Of a stretch of DNA of 64,000 nt, positions 13,697 through 26,737 are shown piece by piece. The notes beneath the pieces were generated by a model. The model was not told the DNA's origin. It saw only the letters and a program-made list of their open reading frames with translations, and did no database searches. This DNA is from Mesotaenium endlicherianum (taxonomy: Eukaryota), in NCBI GenBank assembly GCA_009602735.1, contig WELA01001939.1, positions 43,526 to 107,525 on the forward strand. The letters are read 5' to 3'. Position numbers and translations under genes: made by a program. Position 1 is the stretch's first letter, and each line of letters begins with the position of its first letter.

Positions 13697-16600
13697 GGAG
13701 GGCTCTAAGGGAGAGGGACGTCTAAAGAGGTACGCATGTACGCATGGATGTCTGGGAATCAACTACTCGAAACTTGTCTGGCAATTAATGAGGACGCACA
13801 CGTGTGTGGTTGCTGGTTTCTGGGTTTTCAAGCCCAAAGCCTTAATCTACCAGACGTGTGCATGGACATCAAGAATGTGATCATTTTCAGCTCAAGGAAA
13901 ACAGCCCCTGCATGCACGCCACAGCCAGAGCTGGGCTCTACAAGGACGCCCACATGCATGCACCCACACCCCCCCGCGGTGCATATGTGTGCATCCTTAT
14001 ACACCCGCACGCATGTGCACGCACTTGTCCTCCGCTGACATATACCATTCATTAACGTATGCATTTACGATGCGTCCATCCCGTTAAGCCTGCACGCACG
14101 CCCGCGCGCACGCACCTGCCCCTTGCAAAGCCACGCGACATACATGCATCACATGAGCTCCAATAGTAACGACCGAGGCGAACCTGAGTGTATGACGACG
14201 TGGCAGAGCGTGCAAACGCGCCCAGCAGTACGCCCACCGCCGCCCGGTAGGCGACGGCGTACGCCGCATGTGCCAGCGCCGCCCGGTCTCCGGCCCCCTT
14301 CAGACTCGTCAAGGCCCCTTCTGCGGCTCCGCTTTGGGCTCCGAGGCCCTCTTCTTCCGCCAGGCCCTGCAAGGAAAGGATGACGTCAGCCGGCGGCCAT
14401 GGATATAAGGATGCAGCCAGAGGGTACTGTACCAGCGGATACTGCCAGCGGCCGCAACGACACGCCATCGCCAGCTGGCTTGCTTCAAAGTTGATAATCC
14501 ATATATCAACCGCGTGCACATGAGGTCAGGAGTGTCAGAAAGCGATGAAAAGGTTAATGAAGGGGGGTCGGATGGGCGGAAGCAAGTGGGAGGTAGCGGG
14601 GGTAGGGAGTCCTCACATGAGCCGAGGCACCTCCGTGGCCATTGGCCGAGCCAGATCCCACGAGCTCCTGATTGCCACCTGGCGCTGCGGCGGTCCTCCT
14701 GTAAGACTCGAACAGAATGCCCCAGCGGGCCGCCAGCAAGGAGCTCCCCCCTCCGCTGTTTACGGCTTGCCAATTGGCGGCACGTGCGGGGTTGTGCTGC
14801 GCCCAGAAGGACCCCTGAGCTGGCGAGGGCTGGGGCGAGGAGCTGCCGCCCGCCGCTGCCGTGTCCTGCAGCTGCTGCATGGTGAACAGGCAGAGCAGAG
14901 CGTAAGCAAGCAAACCATTGAAGGGTCTGGGATAAGGATCCAGATTCAGATGATAGCAAGAAAATATCAGCTGTCATTGCCACCTGTTGCTACGCACGCT
15001 GCCTGCCGTCACCAGCGGGGCCCTCACAAACACACTATTTTAACCTGCATAGAATTTATATTGCCAAGCAAGGAGCAGTACAATATTCAGGGTCTAGGAA
15101 GTTCTGTTTTGGCCTCGGGGGGTTAGGATCTAGGGGCGTTGCAGGGGGCTGCGGGAGGGAGGCTTTGAGGAGAGGAGTGGGCACAAAGGGCGGGGGAGAA
15201 GGGGGGAAACGAAAGACGCACATCAGAGGCAGGCGGTGTGCCACTGGCAACCGCGGGCTGTTGTCTGGTGCGCGCCCACGCGGCCCACGTGGAGAGAAGG
15301 GCGGCGGGAACGACAAGCAGCAGCAGCAGCAGCCCCCCGATGATCTCTCCCACGCTCCCTCCTGCACACCCTCCCATGAATTCGTCGAGCGTCCAGCCAC
15401 AATACAAGCATTTAGCATCTGGCTTAAAGGTGGACCAAAAATATGCAGCCTTTGAAGCCAGGGCCTCCTTGCAAATGCCCTTTCTGCACCCCTCCCAACC
15501 ACCCACAACGCATGCACTCAAGCCATATGACACAAATGCTTACCCTATCTGTGCTTGGATTCTCCCTTTCTGCCGTAGATTTTGGGTCCAAGGTTGGCTG
15601 GGGGCGGGGGGCTGAGGTGGGGCGGGGGGAGAAGAGAGAGAGGCCGCACCTGCAATGAGAATGGAGGCAGCGAGGCAGACAGGTGGCACAGCAAGAGCCA
15701 GGAGAAAGAGCTCCAGTCGCGGTGCCGCCAGGTGGCTGCCCCTCAAGCTGCTGCTCTTCCTGGCGCCACCGTTGCCGCTGTTTGCGCTTCTGACGCGTGA
15801 CAACGCAAGCGTCGCAATCGCACGGAGAAGCACGGAGGCAGCAAGTGTCACCGCCACCCACCACAGGATCCTCCCTGCCTCGCGCGCGCGCGTTGCCAGG
15901 TGGCATGGCCCCTGTTTCTCGAGCTTGAGCGCGGCCGCCTGAGCCTCCTGATGATAGGTGGACGGACACATATAAGAGCAGGAGAGGAAATGCAGAGAGG
16001 GGTTTCCTCGATCAGACACATACCCTTCATTCCGGGAGCAAGGGAATGGCTGTCAGGGCGTCGTTCCGGAAGTCATAGGTGAACAGTGTCAAACGTCTGC
16101 AAGTCCTTGAACATGCACGAGCTGATGAAAGTCAGAGCAGCACCAGTCGTACCCAGTTGCGCCGGCAGGAAACGATAGAAGAGAAAGAGAGTAGAGATCT
16201 AACTTTGGCCATCGTCCACGGCCGGCCATCCATAGAGCAAATTGACACCTGGCAGTTTCTAATCCACTTGGAAACAGAAAAGCCGAGCAATTGAGCGGAG
16301 TCCAAAACCAACACTAGACGACAGCTGGCTTTAATGCTGGCAGCCAACCTAGCCTCCAAATGCAAAAATCAGGTTCCGCATCCTGGGCTTGGTGTAAATG
16401 TTAGGGCTAGGGTGTACACTCAGAGCATGGAAGCAGCACTCGCAGTAAAGTACCTCATAGAGCTGCGAGTACTGGGCGGCAGAAAAGGCGTCCTCCTGCT
16501 GCACCGCGTGCACCCGCCCTTGCGCCAAGTGGCGACGCTCCCCAACCCCCCCTCCACCTCCATCCTCTTCAATCGATGCTTCCCGTGCGCTCTCATTTGC

Positions 16601-19600
16601 TGGGGTCTTCTTGACAGCAGCGCCGCCCATGTGGAGAGAGTGCTGCGACAACAAGCCCCACCGACCCTTCCTCCCCAAAGGCAAGGGATCCTTCCTTTTT
16701 TTCTCCTGCAAGGCTGCCACCTGGCGATCATGCGCCCCTCTGCCACGACTACCTGAAAGAGCATCAAGAGCATCAAATTGATGGGCTGCATCGCCGGCAG
16801 CCATGGCTGGAGCTTGGACCTCTGGGCTCTCAAAGACAATCACTGACTCCTCCGCGAAAGTGAGCTCGACCGTGCTGCCCACCTCTCCCCAGCCCCCCTC
16901 CTCGTCGTCCATCCACTGCGACAGGTCGCCCTCCTCCTCCTCCTCATGCTGCTGCTCCTGTTGCTCCTGCTCCTCCTGCCCTTGCTGCTCTTGCTTACCC
17001 TGCTTCTCTTGCTTATCCTGCTTTTCCTCCTCCTGCTCCTGCTGCTGCTCCTCCTCCTGCTCCTCCATTCCCTGAACAGTGCGTTTCATCCCCCACACAT
17101 TCCTGCCTGATTGCAAGCGCCCCCGCAAGGCCGCGGCCTGCGCGCTGGCCCCCCAAGTGCTCTCTTCTGCATCGGGATGGGCAGATGCCACCCTGGCAGC
17201 AGCTCTCTGCGAGCGTGACACCAGCCCCGCTAGCCCCAGAATGCGGACGGAGCCCGCGGCGGCTGCGACTGAGCTGTCGGCGGCTGAGCCGCCAGGTGTC
17301 CACATCAGCGATCGCTGCCTTGCTGGGTCTGCCCCGTCAGCGGCCTTAACAGTATCTCCCGCACGATCGATCACCTGGAATTTGGGCGGCGGCAGGCCCG
17401 GGTTGCCCTTAGAGCGCCAGCTGACGGAGGGTGAGGTGGCGTCCTCCCAGGGCAGGCTCAGGCTTGGCACCATCCAGCGCAGCCTATGGGTGGTCCCCTT
17501 GAGAACGGGCGAGAGAGGGGCCGCCACCCAGTCAAGGAGAGCTATCATCTGCACGTGCCCTGCCATGCCCTACGACAGAGCAGAGCCGAAGAGAGAGAAA
17601 TAGACGCATAGGCACGCACACACACACACAGCACACGCACAAAAATTCCCACGTGGTTATGCATGGGCCAGCATCTGCACGTGCCCTGCCATGCCCTGCG
17701 CCACGCGCGCGTGCCAGAGCAGAAAAAGAAAGAGATGCATGCGCATGCGCACATATGGACGTGCCCATGTGTGCTCACAGGCCGTAATCCCCGTAGAATC
17801 AATCATGGGCGCGTATGCACACACAAGCGCACATTATCTTCCCCTCACACATACATACGCACACACACACACACTCAACACACATACACACACTCAAACA
17901 CACACACTCACACTCACTCACAGACAGCCATCATGTGCAAAGATTAAACCCCTACTTCAACCACATGAGACCCACGTTTCAAATACCTATCCAGCGAAAC
18001 GAGGCAGTGCAACTGCGTACTGGAGAATTTTATGAGCAGCAATTTTATGAGCTACTTTCTCTTTCTTACCAGAAGGTTCCTGCCCGCCGCTACAGGAGGA
18101 GCTGACGCTCCGCTGGCGAGGGATGCAGCTGTCATGAGCAGCGTGAGGGCACCAGATGTTGCCGCCGTAGTCGCCATGCCAACCGTGACGACTGCAGATA
18201 GCGCCTTGGACACAGCTGGCACTTTGTCTGCCATGCCACCCCACGTCATGCCGAGCCGGGGCATGTGAGGCCACGCACGAGGATGAAAGCCCCAAAAAGA
18301 TCATATCCAGCTTTTTCTTTGGTTTCTCTGGGATTGTATTTAGACATGAGTGAGCATCACTGGAAAGCGTCTTGGGGGGATGTATTTTGATTCTAAAGGA
18401 TGGCCGTAAAATGTCATCCAACTCCCATTGGATCTTGGTGCTTCTGTCCTGGTGGCTGTGAGGAATAGGTCAACACACAGTCAGTGGGGTCAACTCCCTG
18501 TCTAACGGGTAGAGACAATCTCATTCTTGGGAACGACGTGATGGAGGATAATTGTCTGAGAGAGAGAGAGCGAGAGAGAGAGAGAGGGGAGGGGGGGGGA
18601 GGGGGATGCCGGTCAAACCGCAAACCTTGCCATGCGAGGCCGCCACAGTCAGCCCCGTTTGGGACCACAGGTTTCTGCCTCAAGCAGTCTGTCANCGTCA
18701 CCCCCCACCGATATTATTGCGGCTGTTGCTCCTCCCTCTTTCTCATCATCCACCGCGACAGAGAAGTCATACACTGACGGGCCAGCAGCCTCAAACCTGC
18801 AGGAGTTGCAGAGAGGAGGAGAGGAGAGGAGAGGAGAGGCCATGCGCACGCATGGAGCTGATAAGACGATGTGCATCGAGCCTGGCTGTCTGTTGGGCTG
18901 GAAGGAGGGCCCGACACCTGTCACCTTGGGAGCTGCTTGCCAGGCTTGCAGCAAAGAGGGACACGCGTGCAGGCTTGCGGCCATGGCAGACTGCTGCTTC
19001 TTTCAGAGTTCTCCGATGGGACGATCATTCGGCAACCAGGCATTGCTTGATGGACAAGAGAGCAAGCATGCCGAACGAAGCGCAGAGGTGGGAGATGCAG
19101 AGGCAGCCAGCTGGCGGGCCAGCTGCAGAGCAGTCGGAGGAAGCTTACTTCCTCTCGAGAGGTTACGGAAATGATCACAAGCATTTGCCACGTGGCAGAC
19201 GTACTCGAGGAGAGACGCGCCCGAGAGGGACAGCATGCTCTGCTGGAACTTGGTGACGGGGGCGCTGAACGTCGCCCGCAGTCTGATGACGCTGCTATTG
19301 CTGCTGCCGCTGCTGCCGCTGTTGCCGCTGCTGCTGCTGGTGATGCTGGTCCTCCTGCTGCTGACAGCGCTGCTGCTGTTGGTGGCAGTGGTGGTGATGG
19401 TGCTGTTCCCGCTGCTGAGGTGCGTGTCCCGGGGAGTCTGCTCTGTGAGAAAGATCTTCACAGTCAGCGGCCTGCTGTCTGCTCGTCAACGCCACAGCCA
19501 CACGAGCACACGCACACACACACACCTTGAAGATCTTCTTGAGCATATAGAGTGCATGAGAACAGTACCATGCATGCAGATACTTCAGTGTTTGATTTGA

Positions 19601-22600
19601 AGCATTGGGCCGGAAAATAAATGTTCTACAGTTATATTTGCTCATTGTCATGAAAATTAGTTCAGAAGGTCTGCTTTTGAAAATATCAGCATATCAGACC
19701 AGGGAGGCAATGCATGGAGGGGCAGAGAAAGAGCGAGTACCAAATAGGACAGCTGGGGAAACTGCCTCACTGCTGGGGGCGTTATACTTGTTCCGTACTG
19801 CACCTGGCAGCAGCTGCACCTGGACAGGTGTCTGCTCCTTTGCTGGGCTCACCTGTTGACATGTCATCCCCCGCGTACAGACAGGTACAAGTCAGTCACC
19901 TTCTCTGCAGCTTTTTTCACGCCAGCCCCCCTTCCCCCCCCCACCATTACACACACACATACCCAATTGCAAGTGGGTGTAGCAAAAGCACGCAAAAAAA
20001 AGCAAGCAGGCATGCCGCCACACACCCAGTAAGAAGGTCCCGGAGTGACAGCCCACAAGAGTGGGGCGCAAGCAGGCGAGCGAGCAAGAGCAAGTGAGTG
20101 GGCGCGCACCACACAGAGAGTGGGTTGACGCACGACGTGGACCAAAGTCTGCAAGAGCAATGGGCAAGTGCGCGAGCAAGCGCTTGCAAACGCATGCGAG
20201 CACGGCCAAGCCCGCCAGAGTGAGGCGCAAGCAGGCGAGCGAGCAAGAGCGAGCGAGAGGGGGGACGCACCTGGAAGGTGAACTTGCGCATGTTGGTCGT
20301 TGCGTTTGTGAAGTTGGAGAGCGCGCCACCCGTCACGAGGAGGGCGCTGCGGATCTCCTCCGTGGTGTTGCCAGCTGGCATGCTGAAGCGCAGCACAAAG
20401 GCGAGCGACGAGCTGTCGCTTGCTCCCAGCACCGCCTGCATCCGGCCAGTGACGTTGGCCGCCCGAGGCTCAACAAGTGTCGCGATCTCGGCCACCATTG
20501 GCCTCCGATCTGCTTACAGACAGGTCCGGGGCAGATCCAGGGAGCAGTAAGTAACAAGGGGAAACAAACAGTAGTCAAAAGGAGTCAGCAATAATCAACA
20601 GGAGTCAGCATGGGTCAACTCCAAGGCTTTGCATACTTTCCCCCCAAGCATTCAGTGAAACCACGTCGGCCTCGACAACGACAAGTGGCAGCACGCGATT
20701 GTGCATGCGATTGCAGAGAAGTAGAGGACTCAGGAGCAATGGGCGTTTGCAAGCAAGCGAGTGCACTTCACTTCTCCCTGCGTCCTTGCCAACCACACAA
20801 AGCGAACAAACACCACCAAACGCCACCCGCCCTCGCACGCTCCACACAGACCCCAAAGTGCTCATTTACTACTGTATTCAGTCCCTCGAGACAGAGGGCT
20901 GAGCCGATGGGGAACGAGCAGAGCTTGGCAGGCAAATGCTAGAAGGGCACAGCAGAGGGGCCATAGGTAGAGCGAGCGCTCACACTACTCGGGCCAATAC
21001 TAGCCGCAGAGAGCCAGCGCAAGGCATCAGCTGTGGACGGCAGGCAGCGAATTGAGGGAGGAAAGTAGGGGAACGACAAGTGGGACGAGGATGGTGAAGG
21101 GAGGGAGAGGCGAGAGAGGCGGGGTGGGATGGGACACAGGGGGACAGGGTAAGAATGGGGAGGGACGCAGATAGAGGGGAGGGAGGGAGGCAGATGAAGG
21201 GAAAGAGGGAGAAGGAGAAGAGTGGCAAGGAAGGGGGGAGAAGAGAGGACAGTGCGTGCACGGAAGGAAACGAAGGAGGGAGGAGAAACTGACTGAAGCG
21301 GAAGAGGGCGGCAGGGCCGCCAGATGGAAGGGATGCGGAGCCCTCCGAGTCGACACACGCCCCCCGCGGCACGCGCACTGCCAGCCGTCCGGCTTCGGCC
21401 GTGAAGTTGACCACCACCACGTACTGCCGCCCGGCCTCGAGCTCCCTGAAGCTGCCAGGTAGCACCTCGGCGGGACCCCTCACTTGTACCTGCTCGCAGA
21501 TGCAACGCCCCACAATGCAATCTGCTATGCTTAGTAGGGCCAGATTTGGAGTGCTTGAGGTTGAGGTTGGGGTGACATTTAGGGTTAGGGCTAAGGTCAG
21601 GGATAGGGTTTGGATTAGTTCTGATTACACTGCTACCTAAGAAAGTCAGCCCACGCACCAGTAGCATCCCTTGCGCCTGCGCATGATGCAACGGAAGCTT
21701 CCACGAGGGGCCCTCTCCACTGAGGCACGCCAAAGCGTTTCGCACCCTGCCCCCTCTGCTGCTCTTGCACTTTTAAACAGCGTGACAAACAAGAAAGTCA
21801 GCCGGCTCTCTCAGCTCTGCCAAAAAGGACCCGCACGTCATTCTCTTTTGCAGATGTGGGCGAGAAAGTGTCCGGACCAAAAGCGTCCGGCCAGCGAGTG
21901 CTCTCTATCTGCCCGTCGCGTGCCAGACGTCTGATCCATCTGATCAACAGCTTTCACTGAGCCCCCTAATCGAGCCACCCCGCTCTATCTGCCATCAGTA
22001 AGCAGGCAGCCGGATCAACCTCTAGCAAGCCAGAGCAAGCTAAGCTTCCCTCTATGTGTGTAAGCTCTGCTGTTCCTTAAGACAAGCAGTTGCTCCTGCC
22101 CCCATCTCCCCCCCCCCCCGCGGCCTCGGCCTCAAGGGCAGGCTCCCCGCGAGCCCAGAAGAGAACGCCTCCCACGCGCGTGGGCGGTGTTAGCAAGGGT
22201 TGGACTTGGGAGGCAACTATTCCTTGCGTGCGCGCCCCCACGACCTCAATTGGATGGGCCTCCCCGCTGTAGATGCCAGCCTGAAGAGCCCCCCCAACTC
22301 CCTCGTTCTGGAGCAGGTGGGATGGTCATTAAGGTCAACAAGGGCGAGCTTGCAGAGCGGACAGGAAGAAAGATGTTGGCCACCAGCCCGCAAGTGCTAA
22401 CAGAGGCGCAGCAGAGGCGCAGCTGGCAGCAGAAGTGCAGCAGGAAAAAGTGGCTGGCCAATCACAGGGAGCCTTGAGAGCAGAGAGGTAAGCCTGTGGG
22501 GCCCGCCCCGCAAGGGGCAGCGGCGGCGCAGGCCAAGTGGAGGCGCGCTGACTCAACTCAGGAACTGGCAGCCAAGAGAGGTTATAGAGAGGTTACGGGC

Positions 22601-25155
22601 TAGGGGGAGCTAGGAGAGTGCTAGGAGTGCGGGAAAGGAGTGGACGTGGCCCACCCCCGCAACTGGCAGGAGAGGCGCAGCAGGGAGGGGGCTTGGCTTA
22701 GAGGCTGGGCTTAGAGAGGAAACTTGGAGAGGCGCAGAGGGGGTGTGGGGGGCCCACCCCGCAAGCGGCAGCGGAGGTGCAGGTGAAGTGGAGGCAGGCC
22801 TCCGAGAAGGAGACTCGCACGGTGGCTGAGCTGGCGTTGAAGGGCACCGGCGAGATGGTAATTGTCGCCTCAGGCCCCCCCGTATCTGCGGACGTAAGGA
22901 TACCCAGCCAAAGAGCCAAAGAGCGCGAGCGGCTTGAGTGGGTTGAGTGAGTTGAGTGAGTTGATGAAATGAGAGGTTCATGATCTGAAGGACGTGGGCC
23001 ACGGCGGCGTCACCGAACGGGCAGGCGTGCACGCGTGCTTGCGTGCGTGCTTGCGTGCGTGCGTGCGTGCACTCGTTCAGGCGACAAACGGGGGGAGTAC
23101 AAGTACGCTGGGTGCATGCATCCGCAGCAGTGCGTGCCACTCTCCCCACCATGCCGGCCCTGCTGCTCAAAAGTGCTCGCCACATAGTCCATCGGAGAAA
23201 AAGCCTATGCGCTCGCGCACGCGTGCGTGCGTGCGTGCGTACAAGCGGCAGCTTTTTCAAGGGCAAGCGCACTCTTATGCTGCCAGTGGAAGTGTAACAG
23301 CCGTTACCTTAAGGGCAGCCCACCCCCCCCCNNNNNNNNNNNNNNNNNNNNNNNNNNNNNNNNNNNNNNNNNNNNNNNNNNNNNNNNNNNNNNNNNNNNN
23401 NNNNNNNNNNNNNNNNNNNNNNNNNNNNNNNNNNNNNNNNNNNNNNNNNNNNNNNNNNNNNNNNNNNNNNNNNNNNNNNNNNNNNNNNNNNNNNNNNNNN
23501 NNNNNNNNNNNNNNNNNNNNNNNNNNNNNNNNNNNNNNNNNNNNNNNNNNNNNNNNNNNNNNNNNNNNNNNNNNNNNNNNNNNNNNNNNNNNNNNNNNNN
23601 NNNNNNNNNNNNGCCATTCACCCCCTCTCCCCTCCCTCTCGCACTCGCCTCTCGCCCTCGCCCTCCCCCTCCCCCTTCCTTTGTCTTTCGTAAACTTTAA
23701 AATATGTAAAGGGCTCCAGAAGTTAGTTCTTATGGGCGTAAATGGAGGTGCTCCTGGGCTCTTGCCAAGGTCTTCATCTCATCATTTGAAGGATCCACAT
23801 TCAAACTTTAACCGAGGCTTCAGAGGTGAAGGGTGCTGGCAGGTGGCAGATGGCAGGTGGCAGGTAGGCAGGGGCACTCACTAACAATCCAGGAGTGGGT
23901 CGCAGAATTATTCTGCCCAGAGATTCCGGTCACCTTCACCAGGAAGGAGTGGGGCCCGTCCTCCAGCCCTCCATACATCTGGCTGCCCATGTTGCACGGC
24001 GCCGGTGGACCTCCGTCGAGCTGTCACAGTTCCCCAAGGTTCAAAAGACGCATACACATCAGACGCTGGCGAGCTGTCGTAGGTCACAGAGGCACACAAC
24101 CAAGGCGCACCTACACCAGGCCTGTATTCTGTTGTAGTTTGGAGAGGCACGGAACCAAGGCGCACCTACTTCACACGCCTGGGGAGATGAGCAACTCCAC
24201 ACACGCATATGCGACGACCTTGCACGTGGCTTGTGCGACAAGAAGAGGTGTGGTGATGCTCAATCATTCTCCACACTTAAATTTTTCTCCCCCCAAAACA
24301 ATGTGTTCATGGAAATCCCGATGGCAATGAGAACCCAAAACTAATGCCAAAGCATAAAAAGAAATGCGTCGTTGAAATGAGGCTGCCAGCTTCCAGCAAT
24401 GCTTGCAAGTGCAATCTCCGCAGTGTCAGAAACCAAAGACTCCGGCCAGCGATGCAGCTGAACTTTGGACAACACACGCCTTAACGCCACGTCACGTGTC
24501 ATTGCATGCACGCAGCGATACCAGTACTGCTTGTATCACACCCAAAATAGCAAGAATCTGCGGGAGAGTGATAATGCCGAAATTGTAAACAATCAGAGCC
24601 ATCGACATCTCAGTCCCTAGCCATCGACATCTCCACGGGGTATCTCTGCAGGGTGTCTATCTGGCTGCTCTTAATTCTTGCTGCCATCTATTCAATGACT
24701 GTCATTAAGTTCTTAGTTGCTGTTGATTGATTACACAATGCAGCCTTCATTCACAACATCAAGTGCACAAGGGAGCCCAGTCTGAATCAAATGAAAGGCT
24801 GTGACGTTATCTCTGCCTTAATCGTGGGATAGGCAAGCGGACTCACCGTGCAAGTCCAAGAACATGAAGGGCAGTCCGCATGCTGCCCGGCTCTGTCGGT
24901 CAGCATGAAGCCAAACGTCGCATTGCTGCTAGTGCTCAAGGCTGGCGGTCTGTCCAGCAAGGTCACTGCGACTTGTGACCCTAGGGCTCCTGCTCCAGGT
25001 TTTCCTTGGGCATTTACTTTATTAGTACACGTCGCCAGCAAGAGGATGACGACTAGACATAGCTGATAGGCCTTGTTCCTATGTGTAAAGCGCGTAGGGG
25101 AGTAGTGTCTATTCTCAGAGATTGAGAATTGTGCTGTTCTTGACGTAGGTGCCAT
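10278..25155 (-). CDS. Large membrane protein with signal peptide, Ig-like ectodomain and multi-TM region (At3g48200-like), ~15 exons: 25155-24847, 24020-23882, 22885-22758, 21489-21294, 20509-20271, 19852-19741, 19478-19205, ~18797-18630, 18227-18070, 17569-~16820, ~15948-15650, ~15361-15222, ~14890-14617, ~14366-14183, ~13061-10278
   Basis: GT-AG exons are phase-compatible through the first seven. Peptides VTLLDRPPALSTSSNATFGF..CPSCSWTCT|LDGG..GLEDGPHSF, VSFSEAC, RKFTFQ, GRNLL|GMAGHVQMIALLDW..LRWMVPSLSLPWE and PRLELFLLALAVPPVC match, in order, my recollection of the plant At3g48200 family. Later exon boundaries are approximate, and the exon near 18695 contains an N. Confidence 0.8.
23332..23612. 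other. Assembly gap (N run); further gaps at 28834-28876 and 52872-52895
   Basis: N runs flanked by poly-C or microsatellite. Confidence 0.99.
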
Positions 25156-26737
25156 GAGGAAGGCACCAGAATAGTGACGCCTAAGTGGACTGTAATTTTG
25201 CAGCGCCGTTATTTTTCCCTTTTATAGGACGCGCAGACTTGCAGCGCTTTGTTACCATAGAGGGTAACCATACGCATCTACTTCACTGGGACACCCACTT
25301 CAATGTTTCTGTCCGAGATTATTAGTGAAGTCACGAGAGGCGCTCCCTAAAAATGAACACTGGTGATCTGTTCATGCGCCCTAGAAGTACACTATACAAG
25401 TCGATATCTGATAACTAGCTTACAAAATTCTCTCTAATGTACTCAGATTGGAGTCAGAGGCCTCGGAATGTTACAGGGTGTGAATGAGCTGCTTCAAGTG
25501 CTCTTCCTGCAGTTTCGCTTCTTAACGGTGCTAAGTAGATGTGTTCAAGTTCAGTTTCAGCACAAAATAAACAGTATCGTCTCTCTATCGTCGCTTTTTG
25601 AATCCTCGAGAGCACACTGAAACTGGCACAGCACTAGACTTGAACGGGGTTCTGAGGTATAGGGGTCGATTTTTGAATTCAGATGGTTAGGCTCCCGGAA
25701 CTGCCGCTCCTGTTGGGTTCTCTACTGACAAATTTTGACCAAATCAGACCAACGTCCAGGATGAGCTTATGCTTGACCGTCTTCGGGTGCGAAGTATTGA
25801 ACGGATATCTGCGCTGCAATAGCCGTCGGTGCACATCGTGTCACCATTGTTGGCAGGAACGTGCAAGTAGCACATTGACGATGATGGACGACACGATCTA
25901 CAACGACGTAGCCGATGTGCTGATTCCTGAAGCATGCCTGCGGTTGCTTGCGATCACTAGCGATGGGTGCCTAATAGTCACAAAGTCATTAAGTGGGTGA
26001 TTGCTAGCAAAGTCGTCATCTCGAGGTTGGAATTTAATTCTCTTTTGACTTGAGAAACGAAAGAAGCGTCAACAACATGGGCTGCATGCACTCTAGATTT
26101 TCCTCTTCACTTTCTGAAGTCCATCTGACTGAAAAACATTCTGTGCGGGCAAATATGTCGATATCAGACCTTCCTCCCTTGAAAACTGCGTTACGACGCG
26201 GAATTGGCCATTCGAGTCGGAGTACGGATTCTGTTCAACTCTGCGAATTCATTATTCAGACGTATTTGCCCCAAGTGGCAGGAACCTTTCCTGAAAATCC
26301 TCGCACATATGAGAATGTTCAGAAATAACGTCATTTGCCACACTTTGGATCCCGAAGGGCCTCAAATGACCTATTCCCAGGAATAGTTGTGCTGTGTGTT
26401 CATTCCAGACGCTCAACTGTCTTTTCTTGGCGACCTCGTTCGATCATCACCGCCCTATTCTCGCGCAAACTGTCATGAACGCACAAGTGGACATGCACTA
26501 TAGTTGCCATCTATCCGTTGTACCCCACTTCTGCCCCAATTACAAGCTCCCTCTCCAAAAAGCTTCTTGTCAAACATATGTATATACCTTCCATCCAACT
26601 TTACTTTCACCACAAACTACGGTTGCAAGAACTACCTATGCACATACCCAACACTCAAATTCATGCTGCGTTACCTACTCTGTATCGTCTTTGTCGCCAC
26701 AACAAGTCAGTTTTTGTACCTTCACCGATTCCATCCA

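Noticed and set aside
18625..18800. Frameshift making the membrane-protein gene a pseudogene
   Set aside because: The disruption coincides with an N at ~18695 and G/C runs, so it is probably an assembly error; the other exons are open.
22994..23884. ORFs spanning the N run
   Set aside because: Artefacts of the assembly gap.
25541..25645. Partial inverted repeat (GTTCAAGT..CAGTTTCAG / CTGAAACTG..ACTTGAAC) as the CMC left end
   Set aside because: No partner at the right side and no TSD; the 26089/41051 pair fits better.
25780..25815. Minus-strand peptide RYPFNTSHP resembling RPFNTSHP in the transposase
   Set aside because: The similarity does not extend beyond ~7 residues; treated as coincidence.
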